Program-made: the position numbers and the translations under genes
The notes under the pieces: model-generated
Seen by the model: only the letters and a program-made list of their open reading frames with translations
Database searches by the model: none
Told to the model about the DNA's origin: nothing
Assembly: GCA_965204575.1 (NCBI GenBank)
Contig: OZ241993.1
Span: 480,001-544,000, forward strand
Length of the DNA stretch: 64,000 nucleotides
DNA from: an uncultured candidatus Porisulfidus sp.
GTDB lineage: Bacteria; Pseudomonadota; Gammaproteobacteria; Poriferisulfidales; Poriferisulfidaceae
Direction of reading: 5' to 3'
Part shown: piece after piece, positions 8,362-20,439 of the stretch
Position numbering within the stretch: position 1 is the first letter of the stretch
Layout: the number at the start of each line of letters is the position of its first letter

Positions 8362-9093
8362 TTAGTCGATCCGTGTTCCGCGGTGGATCGCCACGATCCC
8401 GGCGCTCAGATTGAAATACTGGCAGGATGCGAATCCCGCGGCACGCATCATTTCGCGCAAGGTCCGTTGATCCGGATGCACGGCGATGGATTCCGCCAGG
8501 TAGCGGTAGCTGTCGCGATCCCCGGCCACCAGTTCACCAAGCTTCGGCACGGCCTGATGCGTGTACGCATGATAGAGCGGCTCCAGCCAAGCGGCCGGTT
8601 GGGAGAATTCGAGCACGACCGCCAGTCCGCCGGGACGCAGCACCCGGTACATATCCTGCAAGCAGGCCGAGGGGTTCGTGAAGTTGCGCAGGCCGAACCC
8701 GACCAGAACCCGGTCGAACGACTCCGACTCGAAAGGGAGCGTCATCGCATTTCCCTGTACGGCCGGGATATCCGTCAAACCCTCGTCCAGCAGCCGGTCC
8801 CGGCCTTGGGTCAGCATGCTGCTGCTGAAGTCGCATAGGACCACCTGTCCTTCCGGGCCGACCTTCGAGCGAACCAGCCGGGCCAAGTCGCCAGTGCCGC
8901 CAGCGAGATCCAGCACACGTTGACCCTCCCGGAGTTGCGCGAGCAGCGCAAACGTGCGTTTCCAGACCCGGTGCAGCCCGAACGACATTAGGTCGTTCAT
9001 CAGGTCGTAGCGAAACGCCACCGACTCGAACACCTCGTTTACAAGACGGGTTTTCTCGTCCGGCTCGACCTCCCGGTAGCCAAAGCGCGCCAT
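8362..9093 (-). CDS. ubiE: Ubiquinone/menaquinone C-methyltransferase
   Basis: YDLMNDLMSFGLHRVWK, VLDLAGGTGD, FGLRN, YRYLAESI. Confidence 0.95.
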   Translation of the reverse strand: MARFGYREVEPDEKTRLVNEVFESVAFRYDLMNDLMSFGLHRVWKRTFALLAQLREGQRVLDLAGGTGDLARLVRSKVGPEGQVVLCDFSSSMLTQGRDRLLDEGLTDIPAVQGNAMTLPFESESFDRVLVGFGLRNFTNPSACLQDMYRVLRPGGLAVVLEFSQPAAWLEPLYHAYTHQAVPKLGELVAGDRDSYRYLAESIAVHPDQRTLREMMRAAGFASCQYFNLSAGIVAIHRGTRID

Positions 9094-9097
9094 AGGA

Positions 9098-9463
9098 CTA
9101 GTTTTCCGTGACCTTCCGCTCGATCCCGGCCTCTTTCAGGCGGTCCAGGTAACGTTGCCAGCGCATCTCAAAATCGCGGCCCAGTTCGTACAGGTAGTCC
9201 CAGGAATAAATGCCCGTATCATGGCCGTCGCTGAACATCAGTTTCACCGCATAGTGGCCGACCGGTTCGATCGCATCGATGGCGACGTCTTCCTTGCCGA
9301 CCTGTAGGGTTTCCTCTCCCGGACCGTGGCCCATGACTTCGGCCGAAGGTGAATGTACCCGGAGATATTCGCAACTCAGCCGAAAGCGCTCTTCGCCGAA
9401 CGCGAGTTCCAAGACCCGGGAACGTTGATGCAAGTGCAGTTCTGTCGGAGTATTTTGACCCAT
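9098..9463 (-). CDS. DUF971 / gamma-butyrobetaine hydroxylase-like N-terminal domain protein
   Basis: EYLRVHSPSAEV.GHG, VGHYAV..FSDGHDTGIYSWDYL. Usual position upstream of ubiE. Confidence 0.9.
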   Translation of the reverse strand: MGQNTPTELHLHQRSRVLELAFGEERFRLSCEYLRVHSPSAEVMGHGPGEETLQVGKEDVAIDAIEPVGHYAVKLMFSDGHDTGIYSWDYLYELGRDFEMRWQRYLDRLKEAGIERKVTEN

Positions 9464-9490
9464 CCGTATATTTTGCCGGAAATTAGAAGC

Positions 9491-10399
9491 TTAATCCCGC
9501 CGCCGTGCTCGCGGATGCGTGGAATCGTAAGTCTGGGCTAGGTGCTGATAATCGAGGTGTGTGTAAATCTGCGTGGTGCTGATGCGGCGGTGCCCCAGCA
9601 ATTCCTGCACGGCACGCAGGTCGCCTGATGATTCCAGCAGGTGGCTGGCGAAGGAATGGCGAAACAAGTGGGGATGCAGCGCCTGGTCGCTTCCTGAGGC
9701 ACAGCCAAACTGGCGCAGGCGCATTTGCACGTTACGGGCCGACAGGCGCCGTCCCCGCTGACCCACAAACAGTGCGGTCTCCTCGGAATGCGCCATCTTC
9801 CCGCGCACATCAAGCCAACCACGCAAAGCCTTCAGCGCCATGCGCCCGACTGGAAGCTTTCGCTCCACCCGGCCTTTCCCGAGAACCAGAACTTCTCCAG
9901 CCGCCATGTCCAGGTCATTGCAATCCAGCCCCACCAGTTCGGACAGGCGCATGCCACTGGAATACAAGAGCTCGAACATGGCCAGGTCCCGGTATCCCAG
10001 CGGGCCATTCGGCGTCGAATCCAGCAGGCGCATCACGGCATCGACATCCAGTACCTTGGGGAGCGTCCGGGGCTGCCGGGGGGCGCGAACCCCACTCGCC
10101 GGGTTGTCCGCCCGGCGATGGGTCGCCACCAGATGATCGTAGAACCCGCGCAACGCCGACAGGACGCGCTGGATGGATCGCGGGGACCGCCCCTGCCGGA
10201 ACAAATGCGCGGCATAGCGCTGAACGTCGCCTTCATGCGCCTCGGCGGGTTCGGCCGATTGTTCGCCGAGCCAGCGGATGAATTGCCGAATATCGCTGGT
10301 GTAGCCAGCGACGGTATGCACCGAATAATTGCGTTCCCAGCGCAACTTGGCCTGGAATTCCTCCAGCCACTTTTTCGTGTCTTCTTCGAGCTTGCTCAT
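9491..10399 (-). CDS. xerC: Tyrosine recombinase XerC
   Basis: Start MSKLEED at 10399. RDLAMFELLYSSGMRLSEL, HPHLFRHSFASHLLESSGDLRAVQELLGH, TTQIYTHLD. dapF-DUF484-xerC synteny. Confidence 0.93.
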   Translation of the reverse strand: MSKLEEDTKKWLEEFQAKLRWERNYSVHTVAGYTSDIRQFIRWLGEQSAEPAEAHEGDVQRYAAHLFRQGRSPRSIQRVLSALRGFYDHLVATHRRADNPASGVRAPRQPRTLPKVLDVDAVMRLLDSTPNGPLGYRDLAMFELLYSSGMRLSELVGLDCNDLDMAAGEVLVLGKGRVERKLPVGRMALKALRGWLDVRGKMAHSEETALFVGQRGRRLSARNVQMRLRQFGCASGSDQALHPHLFRHSFASHLLESSGDLRAVQELLGHRRISTTQIYTHLDYQHLAQTYDSTHPRARRRD

Positions 10400-11079
10400 G
10401 GAGCCTTCCGAGGCTCGCAAAACCGGTTGATCAAGGCTGCCGTGAGATCGGCCACGTGTAGGAGCAAAGTGGTGTCGCCTTCGCGGTCGATGCCCGGCGG
10501 CAGTTCCCGGCAGAGGATGCCGAAGCGCCGTCTCCGCTTCAGGGGCGCAATGACCAAGGTGTCCGAATCCACGCTTGATTTCGGCCACAGCATCTGTACG
10601 GTTTCGCGATCCGTCAGGATCTGCGGACCCTTTCGGAATACGGTCATGATCGCACGCACTAAGGGCGGATGCTCGGGAATCTTGTATTTGGCGGCAGCGC
10701 GCGGGATTTCCGGTCGCAGCCGAATGGCCCAACCGGCGTTCGGAAAATGGCGAAGCAGACGCCTTTCCTGTGCCTGAATCGCGGCCCCTAGAGTGCCTGG
10801 ACGATCCTGCAGGCTTTCCGCCGCCAGGATCAGGGCATGGTCGATCAGCTTCTGGTTGCGGCTGGCCATCTGGAACAAGGCTTCCAGATGTGCATTGTGT
10901 TCTCGCAACCGGCGGGCCTGGTACGCCTGAAACGAAATGGTCCCGTCCGAATCCCGCGGCAACTGCATCTGCTCCAGCAGTTCCGGCCGGCCAGCCAAGA
11001 AATTGGGGTGTTTTTCGAGCCAAGCCTGAACCTGTGCCGCGGACAGCTCGCGTGACGCAGACTTGGACTTCGGACTCAT
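10396..11079 (-). CDS. DUF484 (YigA-like) protein
   Basis: V.AWLEKHPNFL...PELL, ISFQAYQARRLRE. Located between dapF and xerC with ATGA overlaps. Confidence 0.8.
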   Translation of the reverse strand: MSPKSKSASRELSAAQVQAWLEKHPNFLAGRPELLEQMQLPRDSDGTISFQAYQARRLREHNAHLEALFQMASRNQKLIDHALILAAESLQDRPGTLGAAIQAQERRLLRHFPNAGWAIRLRPEIPRAAAKYKIPEHPPLVRAIMTVFRKGPQILTDRETVQMLWPKSSVDSDTLVIAPLKRRRRFGILCRELPPGIDREGDTTLLLHVADLTAALINRFCEPRKAP

Positions 11080-11906
11080 AGTTCCACGGAACCAGTATAG
11101 GCATACTCCGCACTGCCCCGCAACACCACCGGCTGATCCTCGCCTTCCCAGTGCACCTGGAGGTCTCCGCCGGGAAGCGACACCACGACATCCTCCTGAA
11201 GTTCTCCCGCCAGCCGGCCCGCAACCACTGCCGCACAAGCCCCGGTACCGCAGCCCGGAGTTTCGCCGACCCCGCGCTCCCAGACCCGCAGCCGGATATG
11301 CCGAGGCGTGGAGATTTCCATGAAACCCACATTGGCATGCCGGGGGAATCTCGGATGGGTCTCGATCCGGGGCCCCAGAATGTTCACCGGCGCACTGCCG
11401 ATCGCATCGACGGTCAGCACCGCGTGCGGATTGCCCATGGAAACTGCGGCAATTGAATATTCCTTTCCGCCCACCTCCAAGAGGTAAGTGGGGTGGCGGC
11501 CTCGATTCGAAAAGGGAATTTCGTCCGGTTCCAGCCTCGGAATGCCCATATTGACGCTCACCGAGCCGTCATCATGCAGTTGCAGAATGACTTCTCCCGA
11601 AGGTGCGCGTGCGCGCTGGTTCGAGGCATCTGCATACTTTCGATCGGCAGCATAACGGCCCAAACAGCGTGCGCCATTGCCGCATTGCTCCACTGACTGG
11701 CCGTCGGCATTGTAGATCCGGTAGGAAAAGTGGATGTCGGGGTCCGGATCCGAGTCCAGGAACAACACCTGATCACATCCGATCCCGACGCGTCGGTCCG
11801 CGAGTCTTCGCAATTGGGCCACCGTCAGGGAAACCTCACGGTCCCAGGCATCAAGGACAACGAAGTCGTTGCCCAGGCTGTGCATTTTGGTGAAGTCGAG
11901 TCGCAT
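11076..11906 (-). CDS. dapF: Diaminopimelate epimerase
   Basis: FTKMHSLGNDF, CGNGARC, SMGNPH, RVWERGVGET.GCGTGACA. Confidence 0.96.
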   Translation of the reverse strand: MRLDFTKMHSLGNDFVVLDAWDREVSLTVAQLRRLADRRVGIGCDQVLFLDSDPDPDIHFSYRIYNADGQSVEQCGNGARCLGRYAADRKYADASNQRARAPSGEVILQLHDDGSVSVNMGIPRLEPDEIPFSNRGRHPTYLLEVGGKEYSIAAVSMGNPHAVLTVDAIGSAPVNILGPRIETHPRFPRHANVGFMEISTPRHIRLRVWERGVGETPGCGTGACAAVVAGRLAGELQEDVVVSLPGGDLQVHWEGEDQPVVLRGSAEYAYTGSVEL

Positions 11907-12044
11907 CGGTGCATTTTACTTGCTTGAGCAAATTCTTATTTAAACTAGTAATTTCAGTAGGAAGCAAACCTGTAACTCTGGGAAATATCCCCATTTGGTA
12001 TGATGCGAGAGCCCGTCCAGAAATCTGCTGTCTGAAAGGAGAAG

Positions 12045-12965
12045 ATGGCCAGTCATCCCGCCCAACAAACATCGGCGGAAGCTTTCTCTAAAGCGCCTCT
12101 GCGACCGCATGTGCCCACTGAAAAACCTGGGATTCTCGACAATGCCGACATGGCATGTGAGGATAATCTGAAGTATATGCGGAGGTTCAAGGATGGCGTG
12201 ATGGGCCTAATTGTTACCTCTCCACCATACAACCTTGGAAAATCGTACGAACAACAATCCTCTTTAGATGCCTATCTAGAGCATCAAGACAGAGTGATCA
12301 GTGAATGTGTGCGTTTGCTCAATTCGTCTGGCTCCATCTGCTGGCAGGTCGGAAATTATGTAGAAAAGGGAGAAATTGTGCCCTTGGATAACGTCCTGTT
12401 CCCCCTATTCAAGAAACATGGCCTCAAACTGCGAAATCGGATCATATGGCATTTCGGGCATGGCCTGCATTGCTCACGGCGATTTTCTGGACGATACGAA
12501 ACAATTAACTGGTGGACAAAAAGCGACGATTACACCTTTCATCTTGATCCAGTTAGAGTACCGTCCAAATACCCGAACAAGAAATACTTCAAGGGTCCGA
12601 ATGTAGGAAAACTATCGGGAAACCCCAAAGGGAAAAATCCTAGTGACGTCTGGATATTTCCAAACGTCAAAAGCAATCATGTCGAGAAAACAATTCACCC
12701 ATGTCAATTCCCTGTAGAACTGGTAGAACGGCTGGTGCTTTCCATGACCGACCCCGGGGATGCGGTTTTTGACCCCTATATGGGAGTAGGTTCTTCTGTA
12801 ATAGCCGCTCTGATGCATCAGCGCATAGGCTACGGGTGTGACACCGAAAAGGAATATGTTGATGTCGCGTGGGAAAGAGTCCGCGCGCTACAGTCAGGAA
12901 AGCTACGCACACGGCCAATGGGAAAGCCCGTTTACGACCCAGCAAAACCGAATGGCGGCCATTAA
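12045..12965 (+). CDS. Site-specific N4-C/N6-A DNA methyltransferase, beta class
   Basis: Motif IV VTSPPYN precedes HPCQFP and motif I FDPYMGVGS. Visibly lower GC than the flanks. Confidence 0.92.
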   Translation: MASHPAQQTSAEAFSKAPLRPHVPTEKPGILDNADMACEDNLKYMRRFKDGVMGLIVTSPPYNLGKSYEQQSSLDAYLEHQDRVISECVRLLNSSGSICWQVGNYVEKGEIVPLDNVLFPLFKKHGLKLRNRIIWHFGHGLHCSRRFSGRYETINWWTKSDDYTFHLDPVRVPSKYPNKKYFKGPNVGKLSGNPKGKNPSDVWIFPNVKSNHVEKTIHPCQFPVELVERLVLSMTDPGDAVFDPYMGVGSSVIAALMHQRIGYGCDTEKEYVDVAWERVRALQSGKLRTRPMGKPVYDPAKPNGGH

Positions 12966-13577
12966 ATGCGCATCGCGGCCAAATACTCGCACATGAATGG
13001 CGAGGAATTTCTACTAGTCCACAAGCCAAAATTGTGGCAGGAGGTTCAAGATGTTATCGCATCAGTCGATGCGGAAGCATGTCGGACTAAAGTCTCGAAA
13101 GAAATAACAAAAAGAGGCAGACGACTTTATTCGCCAATCGATATGAACAAGGCCTTCAAAAATGGATTGGAAGGTTTTGGCTGGAAGTCTGAAAGACGGA
13201 ATTTCTGGGTGACGCAAAACGAACAGTTGCTCCGGGACACTCTGCACATGCTTCCTGATGAGCAAAAACAGGCAATCTTAGGTGCTGGCCATGAGCCTAT
13301 CTTGTCCTACAATCAGACAGATTTCGTGAAGGCGCGAATTGCGGTAGAGGTACAGTTCGGCAAATATGCTTTCGTGGCTCATGATCTGTTCGTAAAACAT
13401 TTAAGTTTTTTTGTTTCAGATGTTATCGACGTAGGCATTGAAATACTCCCCATGAAAGAACTTGAAACCCAAATGTCGTCAGGTGTTCCATATTTCGAGC
13501 GAGATTTACTGAATATCCTGAGACAGGGACGGGGAGTGCCTGCGGTTCCCTTAGTCCTTGTAGGTGTTGCTCCGTAA
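12966..13577 (+). CDS. Type II restriction endonuclease, BglII/BstYI family
   Basis: YSHMNGEEFL start, NQTDFVK.RIAVEVQFGKY catalytic motif (E-x-Q). Abuts the methyltransferase. Confidence 0.88.
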   Translation: MRIAAKYSHMNGEEFLLVHKPKLWQEVQDVIASVDAEACRTKVSKEITKRGRRLYSPIDMNKAFKNGLEGFGWKSERRNFWVTQNEQLLRDTLHMLPDEQKQAILGAGHEPILSYNQTDFVKARIAVEVQFGKYAFVAHDLFVKHLSFFVSDVIDVGIEILPMKELETQMSSGVPYFERDLLNILRQGRGVPAVPLVLVGVAP

Positions 13578-13612
13578 ATCTGAATGCTAAATAGCACGTG
13601 AAAGGCTAATAC

Positions 13613-14338
13613 TTAGCCAAATTTTTTAAACACATTCAGAAGCAGAATTTCTAAATGATGTGCTGCCGTGTTGGCACCAACCTTCAAAGAATTTGGATGG
13701 CCACAACTATTGCGGAGGTCAAGGCAACGCTTCAGTTCATTCTTTACATTTTTCCCAATAATGGAACATGCTGCGACCCGGTCTAAAAAATCTGCTTCCC
13801 TCAAGATGCCTAAATCATCCGTTGTCTTTGCATTTTTCCATTTGGGATTCACACGTTTCATCTCTTTATTGAATTCGTCCATGCATTTTTTGCACACATG
13901 GCTTTGCAAGACAGCCATAGCACCGACCCAAGACATAACAATTGCTGATCTATAGAGCTCAGCTTCATAGCATTTAATCGCTTCTTCCACAAAAGTATGT
14001 ATTTCATCATTTTTAATGTGCAAGAGTTCTGTTCGGAGATCCGTCGCCACTCGTATCGCCGCAGGACTGATTTTGGTGACACCAAGATTTCTTAAATGCT
14101 GCTTTCCTGAATCAGTTATTTCCCATCCATCCTCTACTCTAATCGCTAACCCTCGGCTACTGCCCAAAGAGGCCGACAGGTTCCAAGTTTTTGGTACCTG
14201 AAATCCGGCCTCCCTAGCGCAACTTCTTATTTCTTTCACTTGGCATGGTCTATCCCATGTCGCAAGAACTAGTAATAACTTGTCGCGTTGCGACAGTTCA
14301 CGCTGTAGCCAAACCTTTAAGTCACTCCTGCTTAGCAA
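13613..14338 (-). CDS. wHTH-like + HEPN-like domain protein
   Basis: TTG start at 14338 preceded by GGAGG. N-terminal wing GWEITDSGKQHL. C-terminal EEAIKCY...YRSAIVMSW and R-x4-H motif RNSCGH. Confidence 0.7.
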   Translation of the reverse strand: MLSRSDLKVWLQRELSQRDKLLLVLATWDRPCQVKEIRSCAREAGFQVPKTWNLSASLGSSRGLAIRVEDGWEITDSGKQHLRNLGVTKISPAAIRVATDLRTELLHIKNDEIHTFVEEAIKCYEAELYRSAIVMSWVGAMAVLQSHVCKKCMDEFNKEMKRVNPKWKNAKTTDDLGILREADFLDRVAACSIIGKNVKNELKRCLDLRNSCGHPNSLKVGANTAAHHLEILLLNVFKKFG

Positions 14339-14828
14339 GTTTCTCCTCCAATACCTTCCTTTCTTTAGGTGAAAGTGTGTACGTGTCCTTTCCAACAAGG
14401 CGCAAGCGATCAGCCTTCACCAATCTCTCAAGATACTGGGTAAGGTTGCTGTTGTAAGTCCTCTTGTAGAAGGGCGCGGCAGCTTTCATGGTAGATAAGA
14501 TCTCTTTCCGGCTCACGCTTTCCTTTCCTTCAATCAATACCAACCTCACCGACGCGGCGATTATCAAATCTGGGCCAGATTCCACCGCGAGGATTGTTGC
14601 AATGGTATTCGTAGAAAGGTCAGTTTCAATTGATGGTCTTGCTAAACCTCCGGGGGCCTCACTGGAAGCCTCTCGGCCAGTAGATAAAACATATCTATTC
14701 TCCGTATAGAAACCAATGGTTTTCTCTATGAGATTAAATATGTCCTCTTTAAGAAATGCCTCGTCCCCTTCGTAAGAGACCTCAAATCCGCCCATTTTTA
14801 TATGTATTTTTGCTATATCTCCGGCCAT
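14322..14828 (-). CDS. Hypothetical protein with probable C-terminal winged helix
   Basis: RBS GGAGG. SRKEILSTMK...NLTQYLERLVKADRL...TYTLS. Overlaps the HEPN-like gene. Confidence 0.75.
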   Translation of the reverse strand: MAGDIAKIHIKMGGFEVSYEGDEAFLKEDIFNLIEKTIGFYTENRYVLSTGREASSEAPGGLARPSIETDLSTNTIATILAVESGPDLIIAASVRLVLIEGKESVSRKEILSTMKAAAPFYKRTYNSNLTQYLERLVKADRLRLVGKDTYTLSPKERKVLEEKLAKQE

Positions 14829-15058
14829 GGTATTACCTCCAAAAATGATATAATAAGCATATTTGCTTATTCCATCATCTATTATGGCGCCTTTTTTTAG
14901 AATTGCAAGGGTTTATGTTTGGCGCTATGGCGAGCCCAAGATTGTGCAACAGGATGGATGTGCCCTTCCCCCAAGCCTTCTCGCTGTCTTGGCTGCGGGT
15001 TTGCCAGACCGTCGGGATTTGGCTAGAATACGCGCCCCCTGACGGTTCAATCCTCCTC

Positions 15059-15370
15059 ATGTACGCAGTCATCGAAACCGGCGGCAAGCAATACCGTGTC
15101 CAGCCCGGCGACATCATCCGGGTGGAGCGTCTTGCGAACGAGCCCGGCGACAAGGTCGAATTCGACCGCGTGCTGCTGGTGGCAGACAAGAAGAAAACCC
15201 ATATCGGCACACCGCATGTGGAAGGGGGGCGCGTTGCCGCTCAAGTGACCAACCACGGCCGTGCGCCGAAGATCGAGGTGGTCAAATTCCGGCGGCGGAA
15301 GAACTCCCGGACCCGTACCGGGCACCGGCAGCATTGGACCGAACTCGAAATCAAAGATATTCAGGTGTGA
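15059..15370 (+). CDS. rplU: 50S ribosomal protein L21
   Basis: [14 protein letters not shown]...GHRQ. Confidence 0.97.
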   Translation: MYAVIETGGKQYRVQPGDIIRVERLANEPGDKVEFDRVLLVADKKKTHIGTPHVEGGRVAAQVTNHGRAPKIEVVKFRRRKNSRTRTGHRQHWTELEIKDIQV

Positions 15371-15377
15371 GGCAGCG

Positions 15378-15638
15378 ATGGCACACAAAAAATCAGGTGG
15401 CAGTTCCAGGAACGGGCGCGATTCCGAGTCCAAGCGGCTCGGCGTAAAGCGCTTCGGCGGCCAGCAGGTTCGCGCCGGAACCATCCTGGTGCGCCAGCGT
15501 GGCACCCGTTACCGGCCCGGATCTTTCGTCGGCTGCGGCCGCGACCATACCCTGTTCGCCAAGGTAGACGGGACTGTGGAGTACCGCTCCCGCGGGCGCG
15601 AAAGCCGCACGTACGTATCGGTTAATCCGGCCGGATAA
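15378..15638 (+). CDS. rpmA: 50S ribosomal protein L27
   Basis: [24 protein letters not shown]. Confidence 0.97.
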   Translation: MAHKKSGGSSRNGRDSESKRLGVKRFGGQQVRAGTILVRQRGTRYRPGSFVGCGRDHTLFAKVDGTVEYRSRGRESRTYVSVNPAG

Positions 15639-15654
15639 TCCATCCGGCCTGGCT

Positions 15655-17890
<2,236 letters not shown>

Positions 17891-17894
<4 letters not shown>

Positions 17895-19207
17895 TTCCGC
17901 AAACCGAATACGCACGGCGGCGCAAGAGGCTCATGCGCCGGATCGGACCGGATGCGGTGGCCTTGATCCCCGCGGCCCCGGCCCGGGTTCAAAGCCGCGA
18001 TGTCTACTGGCCGTACCGGCAGGACAGCGATTTTCTGTACCTGACCGGGTTCCCGGAGCCGGATGCCGTCGCGATGCTGCTTCCCGGACACCCGGGCGGC
18101 GAGTTCGTGATGTTCTGCAAGCCGCGCAATCCGGCCGTCGAGCAGTGGGAAGGCGCGCTTGCCGGTCTGGAGGGAGCCTGCGAGCGCTACGGGGCGGATG
18201 CGGCCTACCCCATCGAGAAGTTGAACGACATGGTCCTGACGCTGCTCCGGGAACGGCAGACCCTGTGCTACGCACTGGGACAGGACGGAGACTTCGACGG
18301 GCGGGTTGCCCGCTGGATCGACCAGATGCGTCTCCGCAGCCGGACCGGCCACAATCCTCCGGAGGAATGCCGCCTGCTCGACCGGGACCTGCACGAGATG
18401 CGCCTGTTCAAGAGCCGCAGCGAGATCGCACTGATGCGCAAGGCTTCCGCCATCGTGACCGGTGCCCACCGCCGCGCCATGGGCACGGCGAAACCGGGAT
18501 GCTACGAGTACGAACTGGAAGCCGAGCTGGTGTATGAAACCCAGCGCCACGACATGCGTTTCGCTTATTCCAGCATCGTGGCTTCGGGCCGCAATGCCTG
18601 CACGCTCCATTATTCCGAGAACTCCCGCCGAACCAAAGAAGGCGACCTGGTCTTGATCGACAGCGGGGGCATGCTGGCCGGTTATGCCAGCGACATCACC
18701 CGCACCTGGCCGGTGAGCGGCCAGTTCACGCCTGCGCAACGGGAAATTTACGAGCTGGTCCTGGAGGCGCAGCAGGCGGCCATCCGCCGGTGCGTTCCCG
18801 GCAACACCTGGGACGACCTCCACCGCGCGGCAACCCGCGTCCTGACCCGGGGCCTGGTGCATCTGGGGGTGCTGAAGGGACGATGGCAGACCCTGTGGAA
18901 AAAGGAGGCGTACAAACCCTATTTCATGCACGGGACTTCTCACTGGCTGGGCATGGACGTGCACGATGTCGGCGAATACCGCGTCAACGGGAAGTGGCGA
19001 GGGCTGGAACCCGGCATGGTCACCACGGTAGAACCTGGGCTCTACTTCACGCCGGGCCTCAAAGGGGTGCCGAAGCGATTTCGCGGCATCGGGGTGCGGA
19101 TCGAGGACGACGTGGCGGTCACCCGCAAGAGGCCGGACGTGCTCAGCGCGGGCCTGCCTTCCGATCCGGACGATATTTGTCGTCTCGTGGGGGCGGCGGC
19201 ACAGTGA
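17891..19207 (+). CDS. pepP: Xaa-Pro aminopeptidase
   Basis: YRQDSDFLYLTGF.EP, YASDITRT, HWLGMDVHD, TVEPGLY, GVRIEDD. Confidence 0.95.
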
Positions 19208-20439
19208 GCGAAACTGGAACGAACCCAGACCTGATTATCGCCGGCGGCGGGCTGGCCGGCCTGGTGCAGGCCGTTCTGCTGGGCTCTTCCGGTTGGAGAA
19301 TCGCGGTGCTGGAGCGCAGCGACGGGCTTTCGGCCCTGGCCGACCCGCGCAGTCTCGCCTTGTCCGAAAGCACCCGGCGCATCCTTGATTCGGTCGGGGC
19401 ATGGGACGCACTCTCGTCCGAATGCGCACCGGTGTCGCACATCGATGTCTCCCAGCGTGGCGCTTTCGGGTCGACCCGCCTGCATGCCGAAGACGAACAA
19501 TTGCCGGCTCTGGGCTATGTCGTGCCTGCAGGAACTTTGGCCGGGATCCTGCGCAAGGCGGCCGATGACTTGCCGAACTGCGAGATCCTGACACAGACCT
19601 CCGTCGAACGGGTACAACCTCAGGAGACCAGCATTGAACTGAAAATCAGGAAGGACACCACCCCGCAGACCGTGTCCGCGCGTCTCCTAATTGCGGCAGA
19701 TGGGGCGCGGTCGGCCTTGCGCGATGCCCTGGGGCTGCACGCGGAAGAAGTGGATTACGACCAAAGCGCCGTAGTCGCAGAAGTGGAAATGGATCGGGCG
19801 GCGGAAGGCTGGGCATACGAGCGTTTCACCGACACCGGCCCTCTGGCCCTACTGCCACACCCGTCGGGCCGGCGAGCTTTGGTTTGGGCGTTGTCCCGCG
19901 AAGGCGTCCGGCAGGCCCGGACCTGGCCGGATTCCAGGTTCTGCCGCGAGCTGCAGCAGGTGCTTGGGTCACGCGCCGGCCAAGTCGTCGATGCGGGGCC
20001 GCGGAATTTTTATGATTTGACGTTTCGCCGCGTCCGACAGAGAGTCGGCACCCGCAGCGTCCTGGTCGGCGATGCAGCCTACGGCTTTCACCCGGTCGCA
20101 GCACAAGGATTCAACCTGGTTGTGCGGGATGCTGCATGGCTCGCCCAGGAACTTCGGGATGCCAAGCAGGAAGGAGCCGACCCGGGCGACCCTGAACTGC
20201 TCGAAGGATACGCCTGCTCGCGTGACACGGATGCGCGAAGAGTCGCCGGATTCACGGACTTCCTCGCCCGTGGGTTCGTGATGCGGAATCCCCTGATCCG
20301 CGGTGCGCGTGCCGCCAGCTTGTTTGCCTTGGAAAGCATGCCGCAATGCCGGACCCGGCTGATCCGCTTCGGAATGGGTGCAGACCTTCCGCAGGCTGAC
20401 CTGGCCTTGAAAGTGAAGGAAGAGCAGACCCATGCCTGA
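19204..20439 (+). CDS. ubiH: 2-octaprenyl-6-methoxyphenol hydroxylase (FAD monooxygenase)
   Basis: GTG start, GGGLAG, ADGARS, AYERFT..GPLALLP, HPVAAQGFNL. pepP-ubiH synteny. Confidence 0.85.
   Translation: MSETGTNPDLIIAGGGLAGLVQAVLLGSSGWRIAVLERSDGLSALADPRSLALSESTRRILDSVGAWDALSSECAPVSHIDVSQRGAFGSTRLHAEDEQLPALGYVVPAGTLAGILRKAADDLPNCEILTQTSVERVQPQETSIELKIRKDTTPQTVSARLLIAADGARSALRDALGLHAEEVDYDQSAVVAEVEMDRAAEGWAYERFTDTGPLALLPHPSGRRALVWALSREGVRQARTWPDSRFCRELQQVLGSRAGQVVDAGPRNFYDLTFRRVRQRVGTRSVLVGDAAYGFHPVAAQGFNLVVRDAAWLAQELRDAKQEGADPGDPELLEGYACSRDTDARRVAGFTDFLARGFVMRNPLIRGARAASLFALESMPQCRTRLIRFGMGADLPQADLALKVKEEQTHA

Noticed and set aside
9491-10399. Tyrosine recombinase as the integrase of the adjacent R-M islet
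   Set aside because: Sequence and dapF-DUF484 context identify housekeeping XerC.
9491-11338. 615-aa 'extended XerC'
   Set aside because: The N-terminal 313 codons overlap DUF484 and dapF in other frames. The real start is 10399.
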